From Escherichia coli (GTDB taxonomy: Bacteria > Pseudomonadota > Gammaproteobacteria > Enterobacterales > Enterobacteriaceae), in assembly GCF_003334405.1 (NCBI RefSeq), contig NZ_QOWM01000003.1: 64,000 nt of DNA; one strand, written 5' to 3'. The notes under the pieces were generated by a model that worked only from the letters and a program-made list of their open reading frames with translations, was not told the DNA's origin and did not search any database. The position numbers and the translations under genes were made by a program. Positions 40,714 to 56,465 of this stretch are shown here, in pieces; positions within the stretch are counted from its first letter, which is position 1, and each line of letters opens with the position of its first letter.

Positions 40714-42447
40714 TTACATACGCTCTACAGTCTCAATACCCAGCGTATCCAGACCCAGCTTCAGCGTCTTCGCCGTCAGTTGTGCCAGTTTTAGACGGCT
40801 GTTACGCACTTCTTCGTTTTCTGCGCTGAGGATCGGGCAGTGCTCGTAGAAGCCAGAGAACAGACCGGCCAGATCGTACAGGTAAGCACACATTACATGC
40901 GGCGTGCCTTCACGGGCAACCACGGTGAGGGTTTCTTCAAACTGCAGCAGGCGAGCTGCCAGTTGCGCTTCACGATCTTCACGGATGATAACCGGAGCTG
41001 CAGCCAGTTGCTCTTCGTCAATTTCTGCTTTACGGAACACGGACAATACACGCGTGTATGCATACTGCATGTATGGCGCGGTATTACCCTCAAACGCCAG
41101 CATGTTGTCCCAGTCGAAGATGTAGTCCGTGGTGCGGTTTTTGGAGAGATCCGCATATTTCACCGCACCAATACCAACCGCGTTAGCCAGTTTTTCCAGC
41201 TCGTCGGCTGGCATATCCGGGTTCTTTTCTGCCACCAGACGGCGTGCACGTTCCAGGGCTTCATCCAGCAGATCGGCCAGTTTCACTGTACCACCCGCGC
41301 GGGTTTTGAACGGTTTGCCGTCTTTACCCAGCATCATGCCGAACATGTGGTGTTCCAGCGGTACGGATTCCGGTACATAGCCTGCTTTACGGACGATCGC
41401 CCATGCCTGCATCAGGTGTTGATGCTGACGGGAGTCGATGTAATACAGCACGCGATCGGCATGCAGTGTTTCATAACGATATTTCGCACAGGCGATATCA
41501 GTGGTGGTGTAGAGATAGCCGCCATCTTTCTTCTGAATGATCACGCCCATCGGTTCGCCTTCCTTGTTTTTAAACTCATCAAGGAATACGACGGTCGCCC
41601 CTTCGCTTTCTACTGCCAGACCTTTGGCTTTGAGATCCGCCACAATTCCTGGCAGCATCGGGTTGTAGAGGCTTTCGCCCATCACGTCATCACGGGTCAG
41701 CGTCACGTTGAGACGATCGTAGGTGATCTGGTTCTGCGTCATGGTGATGTCGACCAGTTTGCGCCACATCTCGCGGAAATATTCGTCACCGCTTTGCAGT
41801 TTTACCACGTAGTTACGTGCGCGCTCGGCGAACTCTTCATCTTCATCGTAATGCTTTTTCGCATCGCGGTAGAAACCTTCAAGGTCAGCCAGCTCCATTT
41901 CACCGGCGTTTTCCTGCTGCTGCTTTTCCAGCCATGCAATCAGCATACCGAACTGAGTGCCCCAGTCGCCGACGTGGTTTGCGCGAATCACTTTGTGACC
42001 GAGGAACTCCAGAGTACGCACTGCTGCGTCACCAATAATGGTAGAGCGCAGGTGACCGACATGCATCTCTTTCGCCACGTTTGGCGCAGAGTAGTCAACC
42101 ACAATGGTCTGTTTTTCTGGCGTAGCAACACCGAGACGATCGGACGCCAGCGCCTGCTGAACATGTTCAGCCAGGAATGCCGGATCAAGGAAAATGTTGA
42201 TAAAGCCTGGACCGGCGATCTCAACTTTGCTGGCGATACCGTTAAGATCCAGATGAGTCAGCACCTGCTCTGCTAATTGTCGCGGTGCCATACCCAGTTT
42301 TTTAGCAACTGCCATCATGCCGTTAGCCTGATAGTCGCCGAACTGAACTTTTGCTGACTGACGAACCTGCGGTTCGCAATCCGCAGGCGCGCCTGCCGCA
42401 ATCATGGCCTGACGGACTTTTTCTGAGAGAAGAGCCTGAATATTCAC
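40714..42447 (-). CDS. argS: arginine--tRNA ligase ArgS (577 aa, GTG start)
   Basis: Class I motifs HVGH and KMSK-like region; translation [21 protein letters not shown]... matches ArgS. Confidence 0.97.
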   Translation of the reverse strand: MNIQALLSEKVRQAMIAAGAPADCEPQVRQSAKVQFGDYQANGMMAVAKKLGMAPRQLAEQVLTHLDLNGIASKVEIAGPGFINIFLDPAFLAEHVQQALASDRLGVATPEKQTIVVDYSAPNVAKEMHVGHLRSTIIGDAAVRTLEFLGHKVIRANHVGDWGTQFGMLIAWLEKQQQENAGEMELADLEGFYRDAKKHYDEDEEFAERARNYVVKLQSGDEYFREMWRKLVDITMTQNQITYDRLNVTLTRDDVMGESLYNPMLPGIVADLKAKGLAVESEGATVVFLDEFKNKEGEPMGVIIQKKDGGYLYTTTDIACAKYRYETLHADRVLYYIDSRQHQHLMQAWAIVRKAGYVPESVPLEHHMFGMMLGKDGKPFKTRAGGTVKLADLLDEALERARRLVAEKNPDMPADELEKLANAVGIGAVKYADLSKNRTTDYIFDWDNMLAFEGNTAPYMQYAYTRVLSVFRKAEIDEEQLAAAPVIIREDREAQLAARLLQFEETLTVVAREGTPHVMCAYLYDLAGLFSGFYEHCPILSAENEEVRNSRLKLAQLTAKTLKLGLDTLGIETVERM

Positions 42448-42662
42448 CGGAATACCTTACATTGATGAAGCGAGCAAAAATTGCCCGCACCAGTTAAAGA
42501 AATTAGGGCGGGAGTATACTGCAAATGGCTGTTTTCGTCAGCAACGTGCGCGTGGCGTATTGCCGTTTTCACTATTGCATCAGAAGCGGCGTGAAATCAG
42601 CGGTTGGTTGGCACAGGGCAACAGGGTAAATTAACGCTTTTACTGAAAGACGAAGAGTGATT

Positions 42663-43229
42663 ATGGCGAACTGGCAATCTATCGACGAGCTGCAGGATAT
42701 TGCATCGGATTTACCGCGATTTATCCACGCATTAGATGAACTTTCCCGCCGTCTGGGGTTGAATATCACTCCGCTGACTGCCGATCACATTTCTTTGCGT
42801 TGCCATCAAAACGCCACTGCTGAACGCTGGCGTCGCGGGTTTGAACAGTGTGGCGAGCTTTTGTCAGAAAATATGATCAATGGCAGACCGATTTGTCTGT
42901 TTAAATTGCATGAACCGGTACAGGTTGCGCACTGGCAGTTTTCTATTGTGGAGCTACCGTGGCCCGGGGAAAAACGTTACCCACACGAAGGTTGGGAACA
43001 TATTGAAATCGTTCTGCCGGGTGATCCAGAAACGCTGAATGCCCGTGCGCTGGCATTGCTTTCTGATGAAGGACTCAGCCTACCGGGGATCTCAGTGAAA
43101 ACCAGTTCGCCAAAAGGTGAGCATGAGCGATTACCGAATCCGACGCTGGCGGTCACCGATGGCAAAACAACTATTAAGTTTCATCCGTGGTCCATTGAAG
43201 AGATCGTTGCCAGCGAGCAGTCGGCGTAA
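42663..43229 (+). CDS. yecM: YecM protein (188 aa)
   Basis: Recognised N-terminus MANWQSIDELQDIASDLPRF; track ORF begins 2 codons upstream. Confidence 0.88.
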   Translation: MANWQSIDELQDIASDLPRFIHALDELSRRLGLNITPLTADHISLRCHQNATAERWRRGFEQCGELLSENMINGRPICLFKLHEPVQVAHWQFSIVELPWPGEKRYPHEGWEHIEIVLPGDPETLNARALALLSDEGLSLPGISVKTSSPKGEHERLPNPTLAVTDGKTTIKFHPWSIEEIVASEQSA

Positions 43230-43233
43230 TTAA

Positions 43234-44069
<836 letters not shown>

Positions 44070-44376
44070 TCCCTGAACAGTATAAAAAACGAACGATAAC
44101 CGTGATCTGTTGAGCGGGTGACAGTGCGCATAGCGTTGTGCTAAAAATATTGTATATATTCACATTAATTATGGGATTTAAATTACTAAAACTGATAAAT
44201 ATATATTCTAAATAGCAACTGGGTTATTCCTTAGCAATTAATGATTACATTGTAATAAATCATATTCTTTATCGATTGTTTCAGGCAGTGTTGTGCCTAA
44301 TTATGCAAGCGGTTAATTCGTTGTATATTTAATTATACAATGATTTCGGTGTCCAGTAATTTAATTAGAGGAATCT

Positions 44377-45477
44377 ATGCGAGGGAAAAAACGCATTGGG
44401 TTATTGTTTTTGCTGATAGCGGTTGTGGTTGGTGGCGGCGGGTTATTGCTGGCGCAAAAAGCCTTACATAAAACGTCGGATACAGCATTTTGCCTTTCCT
44501 GCCACTCGATGAGTAAACCTTTTGAGGAATATCAGGGAACTGTCCACTTTTCGAACCAGAAAGGGATACGTGCGGAATGTGCCGATTGCCATATTCCAAA
44601 GTCAGGGATGGATTATTTATTTGCTAAATTAAAGGCATCTAAAGATATTTATCATGAATTTGTTAGCGGCAAAATAGACAGTGACGATAAGTTCGAAGCT
44701 CATCGCCAGGAAATGGCCGAAACAGTATGGAAAGAATTAAAAGCCACTGACTCTGCAACGTGCCGTAGTTGCCATTCTTTTGATGCCATGGATATTGCCT
44801 CGCAAAGTGAATCTGCGCAGAAAATGCATAACAAAGCACAAAAGGACAGCGAAACCTGTATCGATTGTCATAAAGGCATTGCCCATTTTCCGCCAGAAAT
44901 AAAAATGGATGACAACGCGGCGCATGAGCTGGAAAGTCAGGCCGCTACTTCAGTTACTAATGGCGCACATATTTATCCTTTCAAAACTTCTCACATAGGC
45001 GAGCTGGCTACCGTGAATCCTGGAACCGATCTCACCGTCGTTGATGCCAGTGGCAAACAGCCGATCGTTCTGTTGCAGGGTTATCAAATGCAGGGCAGTG
45101 AAAACACGCTCTACCTGGCGGCAGGTCAACGGCTGGCGCTAGCCACATTAAGTGAAGAAGGTATCAAGGCGCTCACTGTAAACGGGGAATGGCAGGCTGA
45201 CGAATACGGCAATCAATGGCGTCAGGCGTCTTTACAGGGTGCGCTTACCGATCCCGCATTAGCGGACCGTAAACCGCTATGGCAATACGCTGAAAAACTT
45301 GACGATACCTATTGCGCTGGTTGTCATGCCCCTATTGCCGCCGACCATTACACCGTCAATGCGTGGCCGTCCATTGCCAAAGGAATGGGGGCACGAACCA
45401 GCATGAGCGAAAACGAACTGGACATTTTAACGCGGTATTTCCAGTACAACGCCAAAGATATTACCGAGAAACAGTGA
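44377..45477 (+). CDS. torY: NapC/NirT-family pentahaem c-type cytochrome TorY (366 aa)
   Basis: Multiple CxxCH haem-binding motifs (CLSCH, CADCH, CRSCH, CIDCH, CAGCH); RBS AGAGG; AT-rich upstream region. Confidence 0.92.
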   Translation: MRGKKRIGLLFLLIAVVVGGGGLLLAQKALHKTSDTAFCLSCHSMSKPFEEYQGTVHFSNQKGIRAECADCHIPKSGMDYLFAKLKASKDIYHEFVSGKIDSDDKFEAHRQEMAETVWKELKATDSATCRSCHSFDAMDIASQSESAQKMHNKAQKDSETCIDCHKGIAHFPPEIKMDDNAAHELESQAATSVTNGAHIYPFKTSHIGELATVNPGTDLTVVDASGKQPIVLLQGYQMQGSENTLYLAAGQRLALATLSEEGIKALTVNGEWQADEYGNQWRQASLQGALTDPALADRKPLWQYAEKLDDTYCAGCHAPIAADHYTVNAWPSIAKGMGARTSMSENELDILTRYFQYNAKDITEKQ

Positions 45478-45501
45478 TCCTCGTTGATCAGGGAGGAAGT
45501 T

Positions 45502-47931
45502 ATGACATTAACAAGACGTGAATTTATTAAACACAGCGGTATTGCCGCTGGAGCGCTGGTGGTGACATCGGCAGCACCGCTCCCCGCATGGGCAGAAGAG
45601 AAGGGCGGTAAAATCCTCACCGCGGGACGTTGGGGAGCGATGAACGTAGAAGTGAAGGACGGCAAGATTGTTTCTTCAACAGGCGCGCTGGCGAAAACCA
45701 TACCGAATTCCTTACAGTCTACGGCGGCGGATCAGGTACACACCACGGCGCGTATTCAGCATCCGATGGTGAGAAAAAGCTATCTCGATAATCCACTGCA
45801 ACCGGCGAAAGGTCGTGGCGAAGATACCTATGTACAGGTGAGCTGGGAACAGGCATTAAAACTGATTCATGAGCAACATGATCGTATTCGTAAAGCTAAC
45901 GGACCATCGGCCATTTTTGCCGGATCTTACGGCTGGCGCTCTTCTGGCGTGTTGCATAAAGCGCAAACCTTACTGCAACGTTATATGAACCTGGCGGGCG
46001 GTTATTCCGGGCATAGCGGCGATTATTCAACCGGGGCAGCACAGGTGATCATGCCGCATGTGGTCGGTTCTGTAGAGGTGTATGAACAGCAGACCTCCTG
46101 GCCGCTGATTCTGGAAAACAGCCAGGTTGTGGTGCTGTGGGGAATGAACCCGCTGAATACCTTAAAAATTGCCTGGAGCAGTACCGATGAGCAAGGGCTG
46201 GAATACTTCCATCAGCTGAAAAAATCTGGCAAACCAGTGATTGCCATTGATCCTATCCGCTCCGAAACCATCGAATTCTTTGACGATAATGCCACCTAGA
46301 TCGCGCCGAATATGGGCACCGACGTGGCACTGATGTTAGGGATTGCGCATACCCTGATGACACAAGGCAAACACGATAAAGTGTTCCTTGAAAAATACAC
46401 TACCGGGTATCCGCAGTTTGAAGAGTATCTGATAGGTAAGAGCGATAATACGCCGAAGAGCGCGGTCTGGGCGGCGGAAATTACTGGCGTACCGGAAGCG
46501 CAGATAGTCAAACTCGCTGAACTGATGGCGGCGAATCGCACAATGCTGATGGCAGGCTGGGGAATTCAGCGCCAGCAATATGGTGAACAGAAACACTGGA
46601 TGCTGGTGACGCTGGCGGCGATGTTAGGGCAGATTGGTACACCGGGCGGCGGTTTTGGTTTCTCTTATCATTACTCCAACGGTGGCAACCCGACGCGTGT
46701 TGGCGGCGTGCTGCCGGAAATGTCTGCGGCGATTGCCGGACATGCCAGCGAGGCCGCTGATGATGGCGGAATGACGGCGATTCCTGTTGCCCGTATCGTC
46801 GATGCGCTGGAAAATCCTGGCGGCAAATATCAGCATAACGGTAAAGAACAAACGTATCCGAATATCAAAATGATCTGGTGGGCGGGTGGCGGTAACTTTA
46901 CCCATCACCAGGATACTAATCGTCTGATTAAAGCATGGCAGAAACCGGAGATGATCGTCGTTTCTGAATGCTACTGGACCGCAGCAGCCAAACACGCAGA
47001 TATCGTATTACCGATCACCACATCGTTTGAGCGCAATGACTTGACGATGACCGGTGATTACAGCAACCAGCATATTGTGCCGATGAAGCAGGCTGTTGCT
47101 CCGCAATTTGAAGCGCGTAACGATTTTGACGTGTTTGCCGATCTTGCGGAATTACTCAAACCTGGCGGAAAAGAGATCTATACCGAAGGTAAAGATGAAA
47201 TGGCGTGGCTGAAATTTTTCTATGATGCCGCTCAGAAAGGTGCCCGTGCGCAACGCGTCACTATGCCAATGTTTAATGCCTTCTGGCAGCAAAATAAACT
47301 GATCGAAATGCGCCGCAGCGAGAAGAACGAACAGTACGTTCGTTATGGTGATTTCCGCGCCGATCCGGTGAAAAATGCGCTGGGTACGCCAAGCGGCAAA
47401 ATTGAAATCTATTCAAAAACGTTGGAAAAATTTGGCTATAAGGATTGCCCGGCACACCCAACCTGACTGGCTCCTGATGAATGGAAAGGTACCGCCGACG
47501 AGAAGCAGTTACAGCTTCTGACCGCACATCCGGCACACCGTTTACACAGTCAGCTTAACTATGCGGAACTGCGTAAAAAATATGCGATCGCCGATCGTGA
47601 ACCAATCACTATTCACACCGAAGATGCTGCACGCTTTGGTATTGCGAATGGCGATCTGGTGCGTGTCTGGAACAAACGTGGTCAGATTTTGACAGGCGCG
47701 GTGGTGACTGACGGGATCAAAAAAGGCGTGGTATGCGTGCATGAAGGTGCATGGCCAGATCTGGAAAATGGCTTGTGTAAAAACGGCAGTGCGAACGTGT
47801 TAACGGCGGATATCCCCAGCTCGCAGCTGGCAAATGCCTGTGCCGGTAACTCAGCGTTGGTGTATATCGAAAAATATACGGGCAATGCACCGAAGTTAAC
47901 GGCGTTTGATCAGCCAGCTGTTCAGGCGTAA
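45502..47931 (+). pseudogene. torZ: TMAO/N-oxide reductase TorZ (BisZ) interrupted by two in-frame stop codons
   Basis: Tat signal [17 protein letters not shown] at the start; three same-frame track ORFs (45484-46299, 46312-47466, 47659-47931) are collinear and total 809 codons; internal TAG at 46297-46299 and TGA at 47464-47466. Confidence 0.8.
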
Positions 47932-47940
47932 GACGTGAAT

Positions 47941-47960
47941 AGCGCCCGGAAACGGGCGCT
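47941..47960. other. perfect hairpin with GAAA tetraloop immediately after torZ
   Basis: AGCGCCCG-GAAA-CGGGCGCT, 8-bp GC-rich stem, no U-tract. Confidence 0.4.
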
Positions 47961-47983
47961 GAGGTTATGCAAACGTAAAGCTG

Positions 47984-48082
47984 CCTGATGCGCTATGCTT
48001 ATCAGGCCTACATAGTCCCTGCAATATATTGAATTAGCAAGGTTTTGTAGGCCGGATAAGGCGTTCACGCCGCATCCGGCAG
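47984..48082. repeat. BIME with two REP elements between torZ and cmoB
   Basis: GCCTGATGCGCTATGCTTATCAGGCCTAC and GTAGGCCGGATAAGGCGTTCACGCCGCATCCGGCAG. Confidence 0.6.
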
Positions 48083-48095
48083 TAATACCAGACCT

Positions 48096-50243
<2,148 letters not shown>

Positions 50244-50295
50244 ACAAACTCCCTTTAAAATGGCCGATGGCACCTGTCTATGATAGGTGGCAAAT

Positions 50296-51114
50296 TCAGA
50301 AAAGAGAAGATTGCTGTGGAATAGCCGGAACTGCTCCGATCTCTGGAAGCGTTTTACGTAAGTCTTCCCACAGGGTATGTACCAGTTCCGGTGCCTGGGC
50401 AATGTCTGGCGTATGTAAAAAAAGATAAGGCGTAGTGGTCTGATGCCACTGCGCTAATTTTTGTAACCAGACCTGAAATAATTCCCGGTTTTGCGTCATA
50501 TCATCACTACCGATAAAACGGATCAGCGGATTTGTCGCCGTCAGTACAGCATGTACCGGAACTTTAGGTTTTTTTCGTTGAGCGTCGCGAATAGCTTCAC
50601 TGTGTGGACGTGCTGCATGAACCGGGCGGCTGTCTAAAATCACCCGATTAACGCCGCGCTGATGTAAACCGCGATTAAGCGTTTGTTCCTCTTCTCCTTT
50701 GGCGAAAAACTGTGGATGGCGGACTTCCACGCCATAATTAAATTCGCCAGGAAGAGAATCGAGAAAATGCCAAAGCGCAGGCAGCTCCCGTGGGCCGAAT
50801 GTGGCAGGCAGTTGCAGCCAGTATTGCCCAATGCGCGGAGCCAACGGTGACATGCGGGTCAAAAATTCAGTCACTAAATCATCGCAATGCCGTAATGCTG
50901 CCTGATGCGAAATGGTCGCCGGAAACTTAAAACAGAAGCGGAAGTCATCTGTGGTCTGCTCACGCCAGCGCAGGACAACCTCGGGTTTCGGCAGGGCGTA
51001 AAGCGTGGTGTTGCCCTCCACGCAGTTAAAGTGGCGGGCATACTCTTCAAGGCTGGTGATCCCCAACCGCACCCATTTAGGATGCGACCATTGCGGTAGA
51101 CCGATGTAAATCAT
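50296..51114 (-). CDS. yecE: DUF72 protein YecE (272 aa)
   Basis: Translation [29 protein letters not shown]... matches YecE. Confidence 0.88.
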
Positions 51115-51677
51115 AACGCGTTGAGGATCTCTTCCACGCTACGCACACGGGCGATGCGCGGGTAGATATGGTTGATACTGTTATTGTGCTGCTCGGCGCT
51201 GGCGGCACTACAGGCGTCTTCGGCAATCACCAGATTAAAGCCAAGTTCCCAGGCATTGCGGGCGGTGGATTCAACACCGATATTGGTCGAGATCCCACAT
51301 AACACTATTGTATCGATACCTCGGCGGCGTAATTGCAACTCCAGATCCGTACCGTAAAACGCACCCCATTGACGTTTGATGATTTCGATATCGCTGTCGG
51401 TTGCACCTAATGCAGCAGGATGTTGCCACCAATTTTCGGGCAACACTTTAGCCGGTGAGGGCGCATCGACCGGCTGTTTTAATGCTTCAGCGTAATCGGC
51501 AGACCAGCCAACGCGCACCAGAAACACGGGCTGACCGCTGGCGCGAAATTTCGCCGCCAGCTTCCCGGCGCGATTAACTACCTCATCGGCAGTATGTGGA
51601 CCACCGGCAAAAGGTAAGATGCCTTCTTGTAAATCGATCACCACCAGCGCAGTGGTTTTAGCATTAAGTTCAAGCAT
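51111..51677 (-). CDS. yecD: isochorismatase-family hydrolase YecD (188 aa)
   Basis: Recognised N-terminus [19 protein letters not shown]; track ORF N-extended by 11 codons; 4-nt overlap with yecE. Confidence 0.88.
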
Positions 51678-51986
51678 AATGACTCCTGAAAAAACAAAAT
51701 CGTGCCTCACACCTTAATGCGATTAGCCGATGGCGGAACGACAAATTTTGTTAATTTTTATGAGTTCGGGCAACACCTTTATAGCAAACTGGCGTAGAGT
51801 CTGATTTCAGGCCCGATATAAAGTGGTAACGAGGCGTTCCAGCGCGGGCCAGGCTCTTACGGTGCGGCAGAATTTCCAGTATAATAGCCGCCTTTTTTCA
51901 TTCAGTTGTGACATACAGCTAACGCTGCGACTTGGTCACCTGCGCAGCAGGGGGCATCCGCCGGCAGCTAAGTTAAGGGATATCTC

Positions 51987-53759
51987 ATGCGTACAGAATA
52001 TTGTGGACAGCTCCGTTTGTCCCACGTGGGGCAGCAGGTGACTCTGTGTGGTTGGGTCAACCGTCGTCGTGATCTTGGTAGCCTGATCTTCATCGATATG
52101 CGCGACCGCGAAGGTATCGTGCAGGTATTTTTCGATCCGGATCGTGCGGACGCGTTAAAGCTGGCCTCTGAACTGCGTAATGAGTTCTGCATTCAGGTCA
52201 CGGGCACCGTACGTGCGCGTGACGAAAAAAATATTAACCGCGATATGGCGACCGGCGAAATCGAAGTGCTGGCGTCCTCGCTGACTATCATCAACCGCGC
52301 AGATGTTCTGCCGCTTGACTCTAACCACGTCAACACCGAAGAAGCGCGTCTGAAATACCGCTACCTCGACCTGCGTCGTCCGGAAATGGCTCAGCGCCTG
52401 AAAACCCGCGCTAAAATCACCAGCCTGGTGCGCCGTTTTATGGATGACCACGGCTTCCTCGACATCGAAACTCCGATGCTGACCAAAGCCACGCCGGAAG
52501 GCGCGCGTGACTACCTGGTGCCTTCTCGTGTGCACAAAGGTAAATTCTACGCACTGCCGCAATCCCCGCAGTTGTTCAAACAGCTGCTGATGATGTCCGG
52601 TTTTGACCGTTACTATCAGATCGTTAAATGCTTCCGTGACGAAGACCTGCGTGCTGACCGTCAGCCTGAATTTACTCAGATCGATGTGGAAACTTCTTTC
52701 ATGACCGCGCCGCAAGTGCGTGAAGTGATGGAAGCGCTGGTGCGTCATCTGTGGCTGGAAGTGAAGGGTGTGGATCTGGGCGATTTCCCGGTAATGACCT
52801 TTGCGGAAGCAGAACGCCGTTATGGTTCTGATAAACCGGATCTGCGTAACCCGATGGAACTGACTGACGTTGCTGATCTGCTGAAATCTGTTGAGTTTGC
52901 TGTATTTGCAGGTCCGGCGAACGATCCGAAAGGTCGCGTAGCGGCTCTGCGCGTTCCGGGCGGCGCATCGCTGACCCGTAAGCAGATCGACGAATACGGT
53001 AACTTCGTTAAAATCTACGGCGCGAAAGGTCTGGCTTACATCAAAGTTAACGAACGCGCGAAAGGTCTGGAAGGTATCAACAGCCCGGTAGCGAAGTTCC
53101 TTAATGCAGAAATCATCGAAGACATCCTGGATCGTACTGCCGCGCAAGATGGCGATATGATTTTCTTCGGTGCCGACAACAAGAAAATTGTTGCCGACGC
53201 GATGGGTGCACTGCGCCTGAAAGTGGGTAAAGACCTTGGTCTGACCGACGAAAGCAAATGGGCACCGCTGTGGGTTATCGACTTCCCGATGTTTGAAGAC
53301 GACGGTGAAGGCGGCCTGACGGCAATGCACCATCCGTTCACCTCACCGAAAGATATGACGGCTGCAGAACTGAAAGCTGCACCGGAAAATGCGGTGGCGA
53401 ACGCTTACGATATGGTCATCAATGGTTACGAAGTGGGCGGTGGTTCAGTACGTATCCATAATGGTGATATGCAGCAGACGGTGTTTGGTATTCTGGGTAT
53501 CAACGAAGAGGAACAGCGCGAGAAATTCGGCTTCCTGCTCGACGCTCTGAAATACGGTACTCCGCCGCACGCAGGTCTGGCATTCGGTCTTGACCGTCTG
53601 ACCATGCTGCTGACCGGCACCGACAATATCCGTGACGTTATCGCCTTCCCGAAAACCACGGCGGCAGCGTGTCTGATGACTGAAGCACCGAGCTTTGCTA
53701 ACCCGACTGCACTGGCTGAGCTGAGCATTCAGGTTGTGAAGAAGGCTGAGAATAACTGA
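51987..53759 (+). CDS. aspS: aspartate--tRNA ligase AspS (590 aa)
   Basis: Full-length class II synthetase matching AspS; TATAAT-like -10 at 51880-51885 upstream. Confidence 0.97.
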   Translation: MRTEYCGQLRLSHVGQQVTLCGWVNRRRDLGSLIFIDMRDREGIVQVFFDPDRADALKLASELRNEFCIQVTGTVRARDEKNINRDMATGEIEVLASSLTIINRADVLPLDSNHVNTEEARLKYRYLDLRRPEMAQRLKTRAKITSLVRRFMDDHGFLDIETPMLTKATPEGARDYLVPSRVHKGKFYALPQSPQLFKQLLMMSGFDRYYQIVKCFRDEDLRADRQPEFTQIDVETSFMTAPQVREVMEALVRHLWLEVKGVDLGDFPVMTFAEAERRYGSDKPDLRNPMELTDVADLLKSVEFAVFAGPANDPKGRVAALRVPGGASLTRKQIDEYGNFVKIYGAKGLAYIKVNERAKGLEGINSPVAKFLNAEIIEDILDRTAAQDGDMIFFGADNKKIVADAMGALRLKVGKDLGLTDESKWAPLWVIDFPMFEDDGEGGLTAMHHPFTSPKDMTAAELKAAPENAVANAYDMVINGYEVGGGSVRIHNGDMQQTVFGILGINEEEQREKFGFLLDALKYGTPPHAGLAFGLDRLTMLLTGTDNIRDVIAFPKTTAAACLMTEAPSFANPTALAELSIQVVKKAENN

Positions 53760-53876
53760 TATGACTCAAATACACGAAATCATTCGCGTTGCATCGAGGC
53801 GGCAACTGAGTGAACTCCCATGAGCATAGATAACTATGTGAATGGGATGAGCGAAGGCAGTCAACGAAGAGGCAGC

Positions 53877-54329
53877 GTGAAGGATAAAGTGTATAAGCGT
53901 CCCGTTTCGATCTTAGTGGTCATCTACGCACAAGATACGAAACGGGTGCTGATGTTGCAGCGGCGTGACGATCCCGATTTCTGGCAGTCGGTAACCGGCA
54001 GCGTGGAAGAGGGTGAAACCGCGCCGCAAGCTGCCATGCGCGAAGTAAAGGAAGAGGTCACCATTGATGTTGTCGCTGAACAACTGACCTTAATTGACTG
54101 TCAGCGCACGGTAGAGTTTGAAATTTTTTCACATTTACGTCATCGCTATGCGCCGGGCGTGACGCGTAATACGGAATCATGGTTCTGTCTTGCGCTTCCG
54201 CACGAGCGGCAGATCGTTTTCACTGAACATCTGGCTTACAAGTGGCTTGATGCGCCTGCTGCGGCGGCGCTCACTAAGTCCTGGAGCAACCGGCAGGCGA
54301 TTGAACAGTTTGTAATTAACGCTGCCTGA
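53877..54329 (+). CDS. nudB: dihydroneopterin triphosphate diphosphatase NudB (150 aa, GTG start)
   Basis: Recognised N-terminus (M)[19 protein letters not shown]; Nudix box [21 protein letters not shown]; track ORF N-extended to 53820. Confidence 0.9.
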
Positions 54330-54357
54330 ACAGGCAGGGCTATCTGGAGATATTTTT

Positions 54358-55098
54358 ATGGCAGGTCATAGTAAATGGGCCAACACCAGACATCGTAAAG
54401 CTGCGCAGGATGCTAAGCGCGGTAAAATCTTCACTAAAATCATTCGTGAGCTGGTAACCGCGGCTAAGCTGGGCGGTGGCGATCCGGACGCTAACCCGCG
54501 TCTGCGTGCGGCGGTGGATAAAGCACTGTCTAACAATATGACCCGTGACACACTGAACCGCGCAATTGCACGTGGTGTGGGCGGTGATGATGATGCAAAC
54601 ATGGAAACCATCATCTACGAAGGTTACGGTCCTGGCGGCACGGCAATCATGATTGAATGTCTGTCTGACAACCGCAACCGTACCGTTGCTGAAGTGCGTC
54701 ATGCATTTAGCAAATGTGGCGGTAACCTCGGTACTGATGGTTCCGTTGCCTATCTGTTCAGCAAAAAAGGCGTGATCTCCTTCGAGAAAGGCGATGAAGA
54801 CACCATCATGGAAGCAGCACTGGAAGCAGGTGCTGAAGACGTTGTGACCTATGATGACGGCGCGATTGATGTCTACACTGCATGGGAAGAAATGGGTAAA
54901 GTGCGCGACGCTCTGGAAGCGGCAGGTCTGAAAGCAGACAGCGCGGAAGTTTCCATGATCCCGTCTACCAAAGCTGATATGGATGCAGAAACCGCACCGA
55001 AACTGATGCGTCTGATCGATATGCTGGAAGATTGCGACGACGTGCAGGAAGTTTACCATAACGGTGAAATCTCTGATGAGGTCGCAGCGACTCTCTGA
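54358..55098 (+). CDS. yebC: YebC/PmpR-family transcriptional regulator (246 aa)
   Basis: Translation [31 protein letters not shown]... typical of the YebC family. Confidence 0.93.
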
Positions 55099-55132
55099 TG
55101 AGGCCTGCTAAACAGCAAAACGGAGACGCGTG

Positions 55133-55654
55133 ATGGCTATTATTCTCGGCATTGATCCGGGTTCGCGCGTGACCGGCTACGGCGTCATCCGCCAGGTAGG
55201 TAGGCAACTGTCCTACCTGGGTAGCGGATGCATCCGCACCAAAGTGGATGATTTACCGTCTCGTCTGAAACTCATCTATGCGGGCGTGACGGAAATCATC
55301 ACCCAGTTCCAGCCTGATTATTTCGCCATTGAACAAGTCTTTATGGCAAAGAACGCTGACTCAGCCCTGAAACTGGGCCAGGCGCGCGGCGTGGCGATTG
55401 TGGCGGCGGTGAATCAGGAGTTGCCAGTATTTGAATACGCGGCACGTCAGGTAAAGCAAACGGTGGTAGGTATTGGCAGTGCCGAAAAAAGCCAGGTGCA
55501 GCATATGGTCCGCACCTTGCTGAAACTGCCCGCTAATCCACAGGCGGATGCCGCCGATGCGCTGGCGATTGCTATCACCCACTGCCACGTTAGTCAGAAT
55601 GCGATGCAGATGAGCGAATCGCGGCTGAACCTGGCGAGAGGGCGACTGCGTTAA
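55133..55654 (+). CDS. ruvC: Holliday junction resolvase RuvC (173 aa)
   Basis: Translation [21 protein letters not shown]...; the track ORF starts one codon upstream at a GTG. Confidence 0.93.
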
Positions 55655-55655
55655 G

Positions 55656-56258
55656 TTATACCGCCTCGGTCAGTTCCGGCTGAGGCGTTTCCACTCCCTC
55701 CGCATGAATCAACACCAAACCCGGATGATGCCACAAACTGGCTGGCGTGACGGTTTTACGCTCCCACGGAATAGAACCCAGGAACCAGAATTTCCAGAAA
55801 GTGAGTTTTGCATTCGGATTGCTATTTAACAATTCTCCAAACGTCTCTATTTCACCCACCGGAATACATAGCGCTTCTTTATAAATATCAAAAACAAATT
55901 TTGAACAGAACTGGCGCGAAGATTCGTATTTAAAACCGGTGTGGTAAAGTTTGCGTAGCCGGGAGGGAACCTGTTCAACAATTCGTTGTTTTTGTCGTTC
56001 TGTCAGCCCAGCGTCTAATCGCTTTATAGCATAGCGTTGATTAGACGAACGTTTAATAAAACGAGATAGCGTGGTGATGGTTGAAAGGGGAACCCGGCTT
56101 TCTGCAACCAGGAAGTCTTCACCGTTATGACCGATAATGATCCCGACGTGATTACTCCAGCAATTTGATGCAGCTGATATTTGACCAAATAAGGCAGCAC
56201 CTATACATGTAAAGACGATATCTCCAATTTCATATTCAGCAGGGTAATTAATATTCAC
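55656..56258 (-). CDS. yebB: DUF830 protein YebB (200 aa from a GTG start; longer 233-aa frame possible)
   Basis: Recognised N-terminus (M)[24 protein letters not shown]; AT-rich gene; the track ORF extends to 56357. Confidence 0.8.
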
Positions 56259-56412
56259 GTTGTCATTCCATTGAAATAGATACAAATATACGTAATAGCA
56301 TAAAAAATTTATTTTTTCAGGAGGCGCAATGTATATTTTTATTACGCATTTCTTCACTGAATATGTAATATTAAAATATTTGCTTCCAATATAACCTGTA
56401 GAATAAATTATA

Positions 56413-56428
56413 CTGTGCCATTTTTCAG
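56413..56428. promoter_or_regulatory. LexA (SOS) box 2 of the ruvAB promoter
   Basis: CTGT-N8-TCAG, fitting the CTG-N10-CAG core. Confidence 0.5.
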
Positions 56429-56465
56429 TTCATCGAGACACCTCGCAAGTTTTCTTCATCCTTCG

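Noticed and set aside
40840-42276. 478-aa stop-free ORF on the + strand, antisense to argS
   Set aside because: It lies entirely within argS on the opposite strand, has no RBS or recognisable domain, and its translation is low-complexity. Long antisense frames are expected opposite highly expressed, codon-biased genes. Treated as non-coding.
45484-47931. Treating the three torZ ORF fragments as three separate genes
   Set aside because: They are collinear in one frame, separated only by single stop codons, and together reconstruct one full-length molybdoenzyme; called as one pseudogene instead.
52155-53333. 392-aa antisense ORF within aspS, plus similar frames opposite flhB/flhA (36981-37745), yebC (54340-55059) and tar (30642-31220)
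   Set aside because: Same reasoning: embedded in well-supported genes, no start context and no recognisable protein features. Sense/antisense coding in aminoacyl-tRNA synthetases is a known theoretical idea, but nothing in this sequence supports expression.
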